Positions 28,195 through 38,443 of a stretch of DNA of 64,000 nt are shown one piece after another. Every line of letters begins with the position of its first letter. The stretch's first letter is position 1. The notes under the pieces are model-generated. The model was not told the DNA's origin. It was given only the letters and a program-made list of their open reading frames with translations, and searched no databases. A program made the position numbers and the translations under genes. The stretch spans positions 1,600,001 through 1,664,000 of the forward strand of contig CAWCYI010000006.1 in the NCBI GenBank assembly GCA_963799845.1, given 5' to 3'. Source of the DNA: an uncultured Nitrososphaerota archaeon. Its GTDB lineage: Archaea; Thermoproteota; Nitrososphaeria; Nitrososphaerales; CADDZS01.

Positions 28195-29493
28195 TTAGGG
28201 CAGGCATATTCCAGCAGGTAGAAGACTGGCGTTGACGTAGTTCTGTTTGGTGGAACTCGGCAGAAAAACTAGTGAGCTGTTTGCCGTCAGGTAGATCTGC
28301 TGAGTGTTTGAATTGACTAGCTCCCCATAGACGGATCCATTGGTCGAAAGCATGTTGACAATCTCGCCATTCCGCGCATTGATGAACAGAAGAAATTGTG
28401 TACTGTAATATGACACGACTATCTGATTTGTCGAATTGTCGAGGGCAAGCACACCGCCACCCGCACCAACGCAAGACGCACCGATGATGGACGAGTATTG
28501 GATGCTGCTCGAATTCTCGTCGATGGAAACTAGGACTAAGTTAGAGGAATTGGATCCCATCCCATACACGATGTTTCTTTGAGGATCGACAGTTATCCCG
28601 AAATTGAACGCGAGGAAATTCACGAGCGACACATTGGAAACTATCGAGTGGCTCGATCCACTGAACCCGAGAACTTCGTCGCCCGTGCAGGCGAGCGTTA
28701 GCTGCGCACACGCCGCAATGTAGACCGTGTTAGTAATAGGGTTCACGGCGAGGTCAACGGGAGTGGCATCTAGTGAAATGGTAGCCAATAAAGAACCTGT
28801 CTTTGCATTGATAGAATAGAGATTGTCCGAATAGTAACCCCAAAGCGTGTCCGTTTGTGGATTGATGGCAAGAGCGTCGACCGGGATGCGCATCTCGCCC
28901 ATGATTTTATTTTCGCTCCCATTAATCTCTACGATTCCGCCGTTGCTTTCCACATTTGTGTTATTGTCTGATTGGCAGCTATTGCTGACGTTGATCACGT
29001 TAATGCACCCGATCACTGGAACATAAATCATGTTAGATATTGGATCAACGGCGATACCAAACTGGGGAGTACCAGGCAGAGCAATCGTTGCCACGATCTG
29101 GCGAGTATTTGCGTTCACGACTGAAAAATTGTTGGAGAAAAGATCTGACACGTAGATTAGATTGGTATTGGGATTGAATCCAATTTCCGAGGGATATTCT
29201 CCCAGCTTTACGCTTCCCATTTCAACATTGTAAATCGAGGGTACTAACGTAGCGTTGTTCTCGGTCGAAGTTGTAGAGCTACTGGTTTCGGTAGTGGGAG
29301 TGGTTGTTCTGTTCCTGGATTGGGACGATTGGTTGCTGCTGGTGAACGAGCTTTCGGTGCTCGTGGAAGTGGATCGACCAGCCCCAGTGCCATTTTGGCC
29401 GACAAAGTAGACGGCGGTTAAGGAGCTTGCGAGGATAATGATCACGACAACCAGTACAATCGAAACTTGAGAGATACCGACTGATTTCCCCAA
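28195..29493 (-). CDS. Membrane-anchored YncE/YVTN-type beta-propeller surface protein
   Basis: TM, Ser/Thr linker, NPNTNLIYV, DPISNMIYV, NPITNTVYI repeats. Confidence 0.88.
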   Translation of the reverse strand: MGKSVGISQVSIVLVVVIIILASSLTAVYFVGQNGTGAGRSTSTSTESSFTSSNQSSQSRNRTTTPTTETSSSTTSTENNATLVPSIYNVEMGSVKLGEYPSEIGFNPNTNLIYVSDLFSNNFSVVNANTRQIVATIALPGTPQFGIAVDPISNMIYVPVIGCINVINVSNSCQSDNNTNVESNGGIVEINGSENKIMGEMRIPVDALAINPQTDTLWGYYSDNLYSINAKTGSLLATISLDATPVDLAVNPITNTVYIAACAQLTLACTGDEVLGFSGSSHSIVSNVSLVNFLAFNFGITVDPQRNIVYGMGSNSSNLVLVSIDENSSSIQYSSIIGASCVGAGGGVLALDNSTNQIVVSYYSTQFLLFINARNGEIVNMLSTNGSVYGELVNSNTQQIYLTANSSLVFLPSSTKQNYVNASLLPAGICLP

Positions 29494-29825
29494 ACCTTTG
29501 TCTCGCTAGTGTTCTATCACCATGCATGAGATATTTGATGGTATTCAATAGAAGTTGTGTTCTGTTTGAGAGAACACCCACTTCGTGAAATGAGCTAATT
29601 GGCAGCAGAAATTCAAAGGTGGCAGAGGTGAGCTTTCTCGATCTCTTTCCGATTCTTCGCTGGACCCAAGCATGGATGGTGGGGAAGTTACTGGTTGCTG
29701 TAGTCGCTAGATAAAGAGGGGCTTTTTCTCCCATGGAGCATGAAATCGTTCTCCCCCGCAGAACGCACCCATTATTGAACACTCTCAAATAGTTCCATCA
29801 GTTCAGAAATGACGCGGGATTAATC

Positions 29826-30554
29826 TTGGAAGTAGGTTCGGAAACAGGTCGATTCGGAGTTTCGAGGGTCGTATCGGCTTTAACAGTCGCCCTCGTTGTG
29901 GTGATAGCGGCAGGGGGTGCGGTTTCTTACCTTTACACGGCGAATAATTCCAGCACTCAGAAAACAGCAGCTATTGAAATTTCAACTGTTACCATAACCT
30001 CGACTACGACCCAAACTGTTGTCATAAAAGCAGCTACCAGCCAGGAGGATCTGCCGACAAATCTCCCAAAGACTTGTGTAACGAATTATCCCAACGGGTT
30101 GAATCTCAACAACAGCAATTACTTCATCATCACCAATTTTACGATGAACTTTGCGCAGGTCTGCATCAAATACACTTACGGGACCAATCCAAACGCTTCT
30201 TCGCAGCTAACGACGGGTGGTACATTCGATGCCATGTTCAACTATTCATCTATGTTCATAACCGACAGCTTCGGCAACGCATCTTCGGGCGGTTCTTATC
30301 CGTACGACATTGTGATTGCAAATCCCCCGAGTTATCTCTTTAACTCAAGCGGCGAGTCCGTCGTCGTGGTCTACACTTTTGAGTGGTCGTTTATCTTTTC
30401 ATACTTCGTTCCACAGTACGCGCGGTGCGGATCAACTCTCGATGGAATTGGAATTGCCCAGACAAACGGCGATGGCTCTTCTGGACTGAACTCTCTTTGT
30501 CCCGCTTTTTCATACGGTAATCTGTTCAATGCCGAGTTGGTCGGCACGAGCTGA
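29826..30554 (+). CDS. Membrane-anchored Thr/Cys-rich surface protein
   Basis: TM, Thr linker; C-terminal LFNAELVG resembles LFAEVVG of 31128-31868. Confidence 0.8.
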   Translation: MEVGSETGRFGVSRVVSALTVALVVVIAAGGAVSYLYTANNSSTQKTAAIEISTVTITSTTTQTVVIKAATSQEDLPTNLPKTCVTNYPNGLNLNNSNYFIITNFTMNFAQVCIKYTYGTNPNASSQLTTGGTFDAMFNYSSMFITDSFGNASSGGSYPYDIVIANPPSYLFNSSGESVVVVYTFEWSFIFSYFVPQYARCGSTLDGIGIAQTNGDGSSGLNSLCPAFSYGNLFNAELVGTS

Positions 30555-30748
30555 CTTGAAGCTCGCTACGGCGTAAGAGAGATTTAAGAAACCGAGATTA
30601 TTCGCGCGGATCATTCCTTCTTGCCGACAAAGGCGCAGTATGTGAATATCTCTCCTGCTTTTCCTCTGTTTTGTTTAATCTTCCGTTTTTCCCAAAAACT
30701 CGCAATCCAGCCAAAAATTGTTTGAAATCCGTTGATATTTTTAGTAAA

Positions 30749-30997
30749 TCAAGCACAATTGAAAACTGCTCCGGGGTCGGGCAAGTAAATCGGTTGTATG
30801 TAGTACGCCTTCGAGCTCGGAGTGTAAAATCCACCATAGTAATAATGGGTGAGATAAGCCATTGAAATTGAAATGTACATGTGAAAATGAGTGTCATCGC
30901 ATCTGTAATAGTACGGAACTACGGGAGCTAGGAAGACAAAAGCCGTAACTGAAATTGTCAGAACGATCGAAATCAGAACTAGGTTTCTTTTCTTCAA
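30749..30997 (-). CDS. Small secreted/membrane protein
   Basis: MKKRNLVLISIVL signal-like N-terminus, FLAPVVP. Confidence 0.6.
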   Translation of the reverse strand: MKKRNLVLISIVLTISVTAFVFLAPVVPYYYRCDDTHFHMYISISMAYLTHYYYGGFYTPSSKAYYIQPIYLPDPGAVFNCA

Positions 30998-31127
30998 GCG
31001 TTCACAATCTTAGAAATCCTATCAGCAGCCAAAGTCCTTTATTTCCTTGTACCTTAATTGTTCAGAACAGATATTTTTTACTATGCAGAGAGGGTTCCGG
31101 ACGCCAGTGGGATTTCGCCCATTTTCC

Positions 31128-31868
31128 TCACTCATCATCGACTCCAACCACCTCTGCGAATAATTGACCATGCACCGTAGAAGGATCGTTGCTTGTCCAT
31201 TCGATGCAACCGCCAATTATTTTCGAGGCATAGTCAGGTATCCCGTTGCCGACAATGAGAGGGAACTCTACGGCGCAGACTTCTGGAAAAAGATAGTTCA
31301 CTCCAAGCGCGTATGTGCCACTAGAATTTGGACCAGAATGGATTTCGTAAGCTACAATCGATCCTTCACTCAGGTTATTTGATCCCCCAATGACAACTGG
31401 ATGGTTTGGAAAGATTTGATTTATGGTGAAATTGGGATTGCTTGTCGACACATCTGCGGAGTAGTTTCCACCCCAGATGTAGATCATGCTTGAGTTCGAC
31501 GAGGAAATTGTTGTTGTGCTAGAGTTGTAGAAGTAATACCGAACAAAAACAACAAACGATGAATTCTCGGTAAAATGGAATGTCGTTCCGATGGGAAGAT
31601 AGGAAAGCGCAGCGGTAAGCGAGGTAGCAGTAACAGTTTGTGTACTGTGGTATGTTGTAGTTCTAAGCGATGTAACAGTCTGCGTGCTGGTTTGAGTTAT
31701 GGGCGCAATCTCAGTTACTATTCCAGAAGTATCTGTAATCGTAACTGTCGTCGACACAGTATGTGTGGATGACGAATTGATCATGGAATAACTAGAAAGT
31801 AGCGTGGCAACCAAAGCAGCTCCCAGGAGAATAGAAAGCAAACTCAGAGCTAATACCGCACGAGTCAA
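31128..31868 (-). CDS. Membrane-anchored Thr/Ser-rich surface protein
   Basis: TM, Thr linker, Cys pair; probable distant paralog of 29826-30554. Confidence 0.8.
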   Translation of the reverse strand: MTRAVLALSLLSILLGAALVATLLSSYSMINSSSTHTVSTTVTITDTSGIVTEIAPITQTSTQTVTSLRTTTYHSTQTVTATSLTAALSYLPIGTTFHFTENSSFVVFVRYYFYNSSTTTISSSNSSMIYIWGGNYSADVSTSNPNFTINQIFPNHPVVIGGSNNLSEGSIVAYEIHSGPNSSGTYALGVNYLFPEVCAVEFPLIVGNGIPDYASKIIGGCIEWTSNDPSTVHGQLFAEVVGVDDE

Positions 31869-31927
31869 AGTTCAACTCGCCAAGCTGATTATTCGACCTC
31901 AAATTAACGTTAGTTTTGAGTCGGCGG
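31773..31927. repeat. Degenerate direct duplication, copy 1
   Basis: Aligns with 41158-41267 apart from a 40-bp indel and a few small indels. Confidence 0.85.
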
Positions 31928-32155
31928 TATCTGTTTTCTGCCAGGTCCGTTCCATACTACGTCGTGATAACACACCGAGCAGAAAACGGAGATTTGAAGT
32001 ACATGTTGGGGTTGTTTCGCGCTCTGAATGAGCCGGTCGACAGCTTCACTACCCGAGCAAGTACAATCTTCTACCAATACAAACGGCAGAGGAAATAGCT
32101 GTTGAGTGTTTGGGTTTAGGTCGCTACACTGGCGGCACATGGTTAAGTGTTTCCT

Positions 32156-32545
32156 CTACCGCTCAAATCGGCCCTCAAGCAATCCACGTATGAAATCAAT
32201 TTTCAAGCCGATGATCTTGAATGGCTTCTTCTTGAAATCAACTTCTACTGAGACAATTTCTACCATGAGCGGCTTGAGCCTGTTTTCCTTGTAGTGACGG
32301 AAGACAACAGGGTTTTTTGAACCAACCGCATTCCTGAGAATCATATTGCAGATTTCTATGGTTTTCCTAGAATCATTACTGCAATACCCTCCTATGATTG
32401 ATAGGTGATTTGCGACGTTCAGTATCTCCTTCTCAATTGATAGCCTCTCATCGTTGTTTTCAATTAACTCTAGGATTTTTTGGGCTGAAGTTACTAGGGC
32501 ATATTTTTCCTTCGTGACGGCTTCTACGGCCTGTTCAACGGTCAT
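32156..32545 (-). CDS. Hypothetical protein
   Basis: 129-aa ATG ORF. Confidence 0.6.
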   Translation of the reverse strand: MTVEQAVEAVTKEKYALVTSAQKILELIENNDERLSIEKEILNVANHLSIIGGYCSNDSRKTIEICNMILRNAVGSKNPVVFRHYKENRLKPLMVEIVSVEVDFKKKPFKIIGLKIDFIRGLLEGRFER

Positions 32546-32794
32546 TTCTTTTTGAAAATCGCTTAATCCTATTTCTGCTAATCGTAAATAACACCAGCCG
32601 GAACCAGAGTATCCCCGGATAATGAAAGTTTAAACCTGCCCAGGTACTTTCGCTGGTGCAAGGCCGATAAAAATGACGATGACGTAATCATAATTCCAAG
32701 AAAAATGCTCATCGCATTAGTAACTGACTAGATGAAAAATATCGGGCGGTTATCAATAGTTCCGTGCTTATTTCAATGAATTATCCTTTCTGCT

Positions 32795-33499
32795 TTGTTA
32801 AACCCTATCTCGGTGAGGATTCCATTTCAACAGACCGAAATTGATACAAGAATCGCTTCGATTATTTCTCGATCCAGTTTGGACTCTTCACAACCTTCCG
32901 ATCGTCCGCTCGAATCATTAGCGCGCACCGTCGGCAATTCCGATCCGACGGACGTTGGCAGAGGTATCATCCGGCTCAATCGGAGCGACGCACAGCTCCT
33001 AGGGGTCGAATTTGACGATCTGATTGAGATTAGGTCTCGAGATGGAAAGACGGCTTACGCGAAATGCTTCTTCATTCATCCAGACAATGAAGCTGTTCTC
33101 TCGGGCAGGGTTCAAATCGACGGTATGACTCTGGGAGCTTTGGGGAGCCGGTTGGGCGGTTTGGATCGCGAGGTCGTTACACTCACAAAAGGTCCAAAGA
33201 TCAATCTTGCCGCTTCTGTAACTGTCGAGCCGGTACTCGGTGAAGATGGAATCGCCCCAGATGTTCAGAAGATCGATCGTCACTGGCTCGCGGTGATCCT
33301 AGAGGACAGGCCTCTGTGGAAGGGTGCCCTAATTCCGGTCCCCAAGGGGGGTAAGATGATCCTCTGCCGCATCAGCTCCGTCGAGCCGTCAGTTTCAATC
33401 GGAACCATGCTCACCAAAATCTCTCTAGTCGACGAGAATAGTGTTCCGGCAAAGAAAGCTTTGGCATCCGATCTTTTTTCCTGTCGCTTAACAGAATAG
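32795..33499 (+). pseudogene. CDC48/VAT N-domain protein without AAA domains
   Basis: DVGRGIIRL...LLGV...IEI...VQIDGMTL..L...ASVTVEP; runs into the TGT element at 33482. Confidence 0.75.
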
Positions 33500-33636
33500 T
33501 TCTAACAAGTCAAGCGCGGATTTAACATAATGTCGCAGAAATTGAGGCATTTTTTCGCCCAAGACAAGAAAATTTTAACATAATGTCATACGACCCGTAG
33601 TTTACGTTTTATGTCATGATCGTGCCTTTAACAGAA
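33482..33636 (+). mobile_element. Orphan transposon-end or res-like element, copy A
   Basis: Starts TGTCGC; TAACAKAA boxes at 33489, 33523, 33576, 33629; inverted TTATGTC at 33609. Confidence 0.6.
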
Positions 33637-33841
33637 TTTCACAAGCGTAGAACGGATGTTGATTGGACAAGTAAATGTCATTGCGCAAAAGTAATTGACA
33701 ATCTTGCAAAGGGTAATTATCGCGTTAAATAACAGCACTTTCTGTCAAATGCTACGGGACAGATCATTCGGCAAATTTCACACGAACAGGCTTAGCTGCC
33801 CGAAAGTTCGCAATGGGCATTCATGTGAAGATAATCTACTA

Positions 33842-34150
33842 TTAAGTTGGACCCAACCGGTTGTCGCCCAGTTCCTTAATCAGCGAACCGAAGTACTCAT
33901 GGCCTTTGAGTAGAGAATGCAACTTTTCTCCAAGGTCGGTTTTGCAATATGTAACGCGTCCTTCTTGACCTTCTTTACCTTCTTCCTCTACCTCGATTAT
34001 CAATCCTCGCTTGATGAGATAGCTTACCATCCTGTTGAGATTTGCTTCATTGCCGGCGATTCTCAGCAGGTCCATCCTTCCAGCTTTGCCTTTTGCTCCA
34101 TCTATCTGTTCAAAGTACTGCAGGATTCGATTCGCAATAGGTGGAAGCAA
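33842..34150 (-). CDS. Winged-helix protein
   Basis: DLLRIAGNEANLNRMVSYLIKRGLIIE...YCKTDLGEKL. Confidence 0.7.
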   Translation of the reverse strand: MLPPIANRILQYFEQIDGAKGKAGRMDLLRIAGNEANLNRMVSYLIKRGLIIEVEEEGKEGQEGRVTYCKTDLGEKLHSLLKGHEYFGSLIKELGDNRLGPT

Positions 34151-34189
34151 GCACGATCAGGTCTTGTGTATGGAACCGCACAATCTGAT

Positions 34190-34552
34190 TCAATCAATAC
34201 TTCTTACAAGCTCAAACAATCTTTGGTATCTCTTTGTGATTCGCTTGTAGTCGAGCAGGAACTTCGCGGCGACTCCTGCCATAATCAACGCGATCACTAA
34301 CAACGCCACCCCAAATCCAAGCGGAGCCTTCGCGCCGAACGTTATAGCGCCCGCTGAGATAGCGAACAGGGCTGCCATAATGGAAGTAAAGATTCCAGTA
34401 CCTCTTAGCTCCCTAGAGGTATATTGCAAGTCATGAACGATAATTTTTGCATCTCGTTGTAGAATCTCGTAAATTGCTGAGAGTTCAATTTCAATCCACT
34501 TATCTTCAGCTTTCTTTATGTTATCCGACAATTCTTTAACCTGAGAGTACAT
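34190..34552 (-). CDS. Two-TM membrane protein
   Basis: Two C-terminal hydrophobic helices. Confidence 0.6.
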   Translation of the reverse strand: MYSQVKELSDNIKKAEDKWIEIELSAIYEILQRDAKIIVHDLQYTSRELRGTGIFTSIMAALFAISAGAITFGAKAPLGFGVALLVIALIMAGVAAKFLLDYKRITKRYQRLFELVRSID

Positions 34553-34574
34553 CGGAAATCGGTGAAATATATCG

Positions 34575-34614
34575 GTTCGTCTGGACTTTCGCCCCTTCGA
34601 GAGTCCAGACGAAC
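34575..34614. repeat. 40-bp near-perfect palindrome (17-6-17)
   Basis: GTTCGTCTGGACTTTCG-CCCCTT-CGAGAGTCCAGACGAAC, one mismatch. Confidence 0.85.
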
Positions 34615-34657
34615 GAATATCATTAGGATCCCATAGCTGATAGAAGAAGATTCTCTA

Positions 34658-34957
34658 GTGATGCAAATAGAAGCCTTAGCCAAGTACTATCCAGAAGCGA
34701 ACGTCGGCAGCCCTGCGATTGATAACGTTTCGTTTGACGTCAACGATGGAGAAATCGTCGGATTCGTTGGTCTAAACGGAGCAGGCAAGACTACTACGAT
34801 TCGGATAGCATGCGGAGTGTCTCTGCCAAGTTATGGCTCAGTTGAGATAGACCGTCACGACATTGTACGACAAAAGCCTGAAGCCTCGAGGCGCCTCGGA
34901 TGGGTTCGGGAATTCCCCAACTTCGAGCAGGACGCGCGCGCGTGTCGCCTAACATAA
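34658..34957 (+). pseudogene. ABC transporter ATPase, truncated
   Basis: GLNGAGKTT Walker A; cut at 34943 before the signature motif and Walker B. Confidence 0.9.
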
Positions 34958-35100
34958 TAGCTGATAAAATTCAAGCGTGGATTTAACATAATATCGATGG
35001 TGATACGACGATCGTATGTCACTATAACGTGAGACTTTAACATAAAATCGTCTAGAAGCGTGTCGAACGTTTTATGTCGTAAAAGATGTTTTTAACATAA
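34943..35100 (+). mobile_element. Orphan transposon-end or res-like element, copy B
   Basis: 44/54 ungapped identity to the start of copy A; boxes at 34950, 34984, 35038, 35093; inverted at 35072. Confidence 0.6.
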
Positions 35101-35975
35101 AATGTGAAAAATCATTAAGCATTCTTTAAAAGGAATCACTATGTCGAGGGGTTTCGAGATAATGGTACCGAGATATTGAACCGCAATTTGTGCAAACTAC
35201 TTTTACGAATTCTTGAGACCGTCGAGTCGCTGGCCTTGAACATCCGGCAAATCTTTTCCCATAAATGGAACAAAGCTTGTTCTTGCACGGCAATGTTCTA
35301 ATGTCACTATCAGATTTTGAAACTGCAAAATTACATAAAGGACAAGACTAGAATACCACACTTTACATAGCATTTTCCAACGAAGAATCTCGGTTTCTAG
35401 GGTGATTAAGAATTAATCGACTGATCAAGAGTATTGAAAAAACCGCATTTAAGGCAGTTACTAACGATAGCAATAGGAAGTTGTTATCAACCGAGTAATT
35501 CTCCGATACCACGCCACCAAGAAAGGAACCTACTACATACGGTGCCGTCAGCAGAAATAGAATAATCTGATTTACTATCGCTATTTCTTTTCGAGTGTGA
35601 TCCTCATATATTACCTGATAAAGAACTGTCTGACCCATAGCACGGAAAAAATAAACGATGAAAGACACAATAAAAATCCAAAAAAAGTTTGGAGCGTACA
35701 AGTAAGCTGCAATCGACAATGGAATTGTGATGAAAGAAGTCGCAACTATGATTCTATTGTGAGAATGAACCCGATCTAAAGTTGACGATCCGACCGCGCT
35801 TGCAAGATACAGTGATGAGAGGAAAATACTAAAGGTGAATGAGCCAACTTTGAATCCACCTACGATCAGTTGTGTCAGTATTACAATTACGGTTCCATTC
35901 AAGAGACTATCCACAATGAATGGGAGGGACAAAACTAGGGCCCTGCCACGCCTAAAACTTTTCCAACCATCATTT

Positions 35976-36724
35976 TCTGCCGTTAACTTAAGCGTGATTT
36001 GAACCGAACGGCCTATGGCCGAGAGCTCGCTCTCCTACCATTTGATTTTGAATGATGGAAAGAGAACGAACTCCGCTGGAGATAGTATACTACGCCATCT
36101 ATCTAGTTTTCGAGGGACTGTCCTTCAGGGCATGCTCTCGAGCAATCGAACCATTCACTAAGAGAAGCCACGTTGCTGTCTGGCAGTGGTGCCAGGAGAT
36201 GGGCTCGTACGAGAAGATGCACAGATTATTCAGGCTTGGAAGAGAGCGAGTTAAAATATTCGCAATCGACGAGACCGGAGTGAACGTTGCCGGTGCTGAA
36301 GCATACTTTTTCGTCGCATACGAGCCATTCGCAAACAGAATCCTTGGATTATATTTCGCGTGGAACCCAAATTCCATATCAGTAGAAATGTTTCTTCGGG
36401 ATCTAGTGAGCAAGTACGGCCACCATCCTGTCTGGACGGATGGAGGTGACTGGTACCCTCCAGCTTGTGTGTCGACGAATCTCAAACACCATGTCTACAT
36501 GCACGGTTCTTGGCTCTGGAAGGTCATGGAGAGGCAGATGGAGAAGCTGAAGGATAGAACTGAAGGATTCGATGACCTGTTCCCTTGCAGGAGCCATGGT
36601 ACAAGATGCAGATTGCAGCACGTCTTCAATTGGATAAACCTTTTCTGGCTGCACAATCAGCCCGGATACAAGAAATCATTCATAACGGAAATCAAAAAGG
36701 TGATGATGCTAAGTTAACGGCAGA
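35976..36724 (+). mobile_element. IS6-like element, 749 bp
   Basis: TIR TCTGCCGTTAACTTA / TAAGTTAACGGCAGA; 8-bp TSD CATCATTT at 35968-35975 and 36725-36732. Confidence 0.92.
36052..36717 (+). CDS. IS6-family DDE transposase
   Basis: GLSFR, SHVAVWQW, AIDET, WTDGGDWY, MER...LKDRT..FDD.FP. Confidence 0.9.
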   Translation: MMERERTPLEIVYYAIYLVFEGLSFRACSRAIEPFTKRSHVAVWQWCQEMGSYEKMHRLFRLGRERVKIFAIDETGVNVAGAEAYFFVAYEPFANRILGLYFAWNPNSISVEMFLRDLVSKYGHHPVWTDGGDWYPPACVSTNLKHHVYMHGSWLWKVMERQMEKLKDRTEGFDDLFPCRSHGTRCRLQHVFNWINLFWLHNQPGYKKSFITEIKKVMMLS

Positions 36725-37412
36725 CATCATTTATCATTCCAACTATACTATCCGATTCAACACCGGGTACCCTGACTAACCGAAGAGACAGAGAGGTAAT
36801 CAACGAAACTAAAAGAACTAAACAAATCATCAAATAGGAATAACCCCCGAGATACGCATACGCAAAACCGCCACTTAGACTGCCGATGAATCGAGCAGTC
36901 CAGCTACATGATCTCTGAATATTGACCGCGTGATCTAAATCTGTTCCAGCAATCTCTTTGAGAATTGGAGGCATAGCGCCCTTCCCAATTTCATCTATTA
37001 TGCCGCTTATGAGAAAGACCAAACCAAAAAATGGAAGAGAATGCCACGTTAAAGCCAAAACATAAATCGGAGCAAGAAGCAGCTCGATGATTTGGGCGGA
37101 AAAGACTATCTTAATGGCAGATCTCCTGAACACCAATGGCACGACTGTACTCGCGAACAGAACAGTAGCCCATCCAAAGGCGTAAATTATTCCAATCCAG
37201 AGATCTGCTGTAGCGGGATTCGTGTCGTAAACTGAAAATGTTGCAACAACCCATAACATCCCCCAAACGAAATCAGGGGCTGAAGCAACAATCAGAAATT
37301 GTCGAAAATTTTTTCGATTTCGATGAGTTTGAATGGTTTCCGACCACCGATCCAATACAAAACCAGATTCGGATACTTGACACAGTTGCTTTCGAAAATT
37401 TCTGCTTCAAAA

Positions 37413-38138
37413 TTATGGATTGAAATTTGAAACATCAGCTCGAGTTATGATCCCTAACGGAGTTCCGTCCTTCGTTACGATAAAGCAACTTTCATTTTTT
37501 AGGCGTTCCATGAGAATCGAAAGCTGCAATGTGCAGTCGATTAATGGGTATGGCCTTTCCGCGTAGGAAGGCAGCGAACGCGCATTTAGGAACGACATAA
37601 TAGGCATGCCATGCAATAGCGGATCGTCTTCTAGAAGGGTTACTAAAGTCTCTCTCTCAACTTTTCCTACTATTTCATTTCCTCTCTTTATAGGCAGATG
37701 ACCAATGTTTTCTGCAAGCGCCTTTTTCAAAGCACCACCTACTGATTCGAAAGAATCTATAGTTACCAGTTTGAATGGTTCCTTCTTTTGCATAAGGATG
37801 TCCATTACTGTTTTTGCCTTCGGAAAGGATTCTATAGTAGCAGAATACCTCCAGTTCGAGAATTTTCTAAGATATCTATTCGCTCCATCTGGAATAACAA
37901 TGACCATCACCCCTTTACATTTGCTTTGATTAGCGTATTTGTTTGCGCCCGCCACAGCGGCTCCAGAAGACCAGCCGACAAGGATACCGATTTCTCTAGA
38001 TAGCCGTTTAGCCATCAACAAAGCCTCCCTTTCGTTTACTGTGATTACTTCATCAACATAATTTAACCAAGTTGTTGGATAAACGGTGTCATATTGTCCG
38101 ATTGCCTGGGTCATCCATCTATTCCTGTCTTCAGCCAT
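37413..38138 (-). pseudogene. Cystathionine beta-synthase-like protein, C-terminal half with CBS pair
   Basis: RLSREIGILVGWSSGAAVAGA, VIPDGANRYL, GIITRAD; PLP-lysine N-terminal half absent. Confidence 0.8.
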
Positions 38139-38443
38139 TCGGAAGCTGTAATCCTTTTCGCGACATCGATCGACTTAATACTATTCTATGTGTGGAGCGT
38201 TCTTGGAACCAGAACGATTCGAGCAAATAAACTTCCTTTCCTTACCTCGCTCATCGATATTCCAATAGCGTGGAAACGGGGAAGGATCTGAGAAAGCGAT
38301 CCTAGATCGGTTGTACCGGAATGTCAGGTGAGGTGGCAAATGCAGGCAGATGGAGGATTTCAAAGGGTGTTGGACAAGAACCTGAAAAGGGACAAGAAGC
38401 TACTCGATATACTGGAACAATACGACCGGAAAAAAGCCAGTAA

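Larger units (their letters stand above)
35363..37355 (-). pseudogene. MFS transporter (~411 aa) split by an IS6-like element
   Basis: Removing the IS and one TSD copy joins ...GMIND-GWKSFRRGRALV-LSLPFIV... in frame; two multi-TM halves. Confidence 0.88.

Noticed and set aside
33520-33547. Canonical dif/pdif site
   Set aside because: The XerD-like arm ATTTAACATAA has no partner arm at 6-bp spacing
34943-38165. Complete transposon from TGTCGC at 34943 to GCGACA at 38165
   Set aside because: The right side has no TAACATAA boxes and no target duplication
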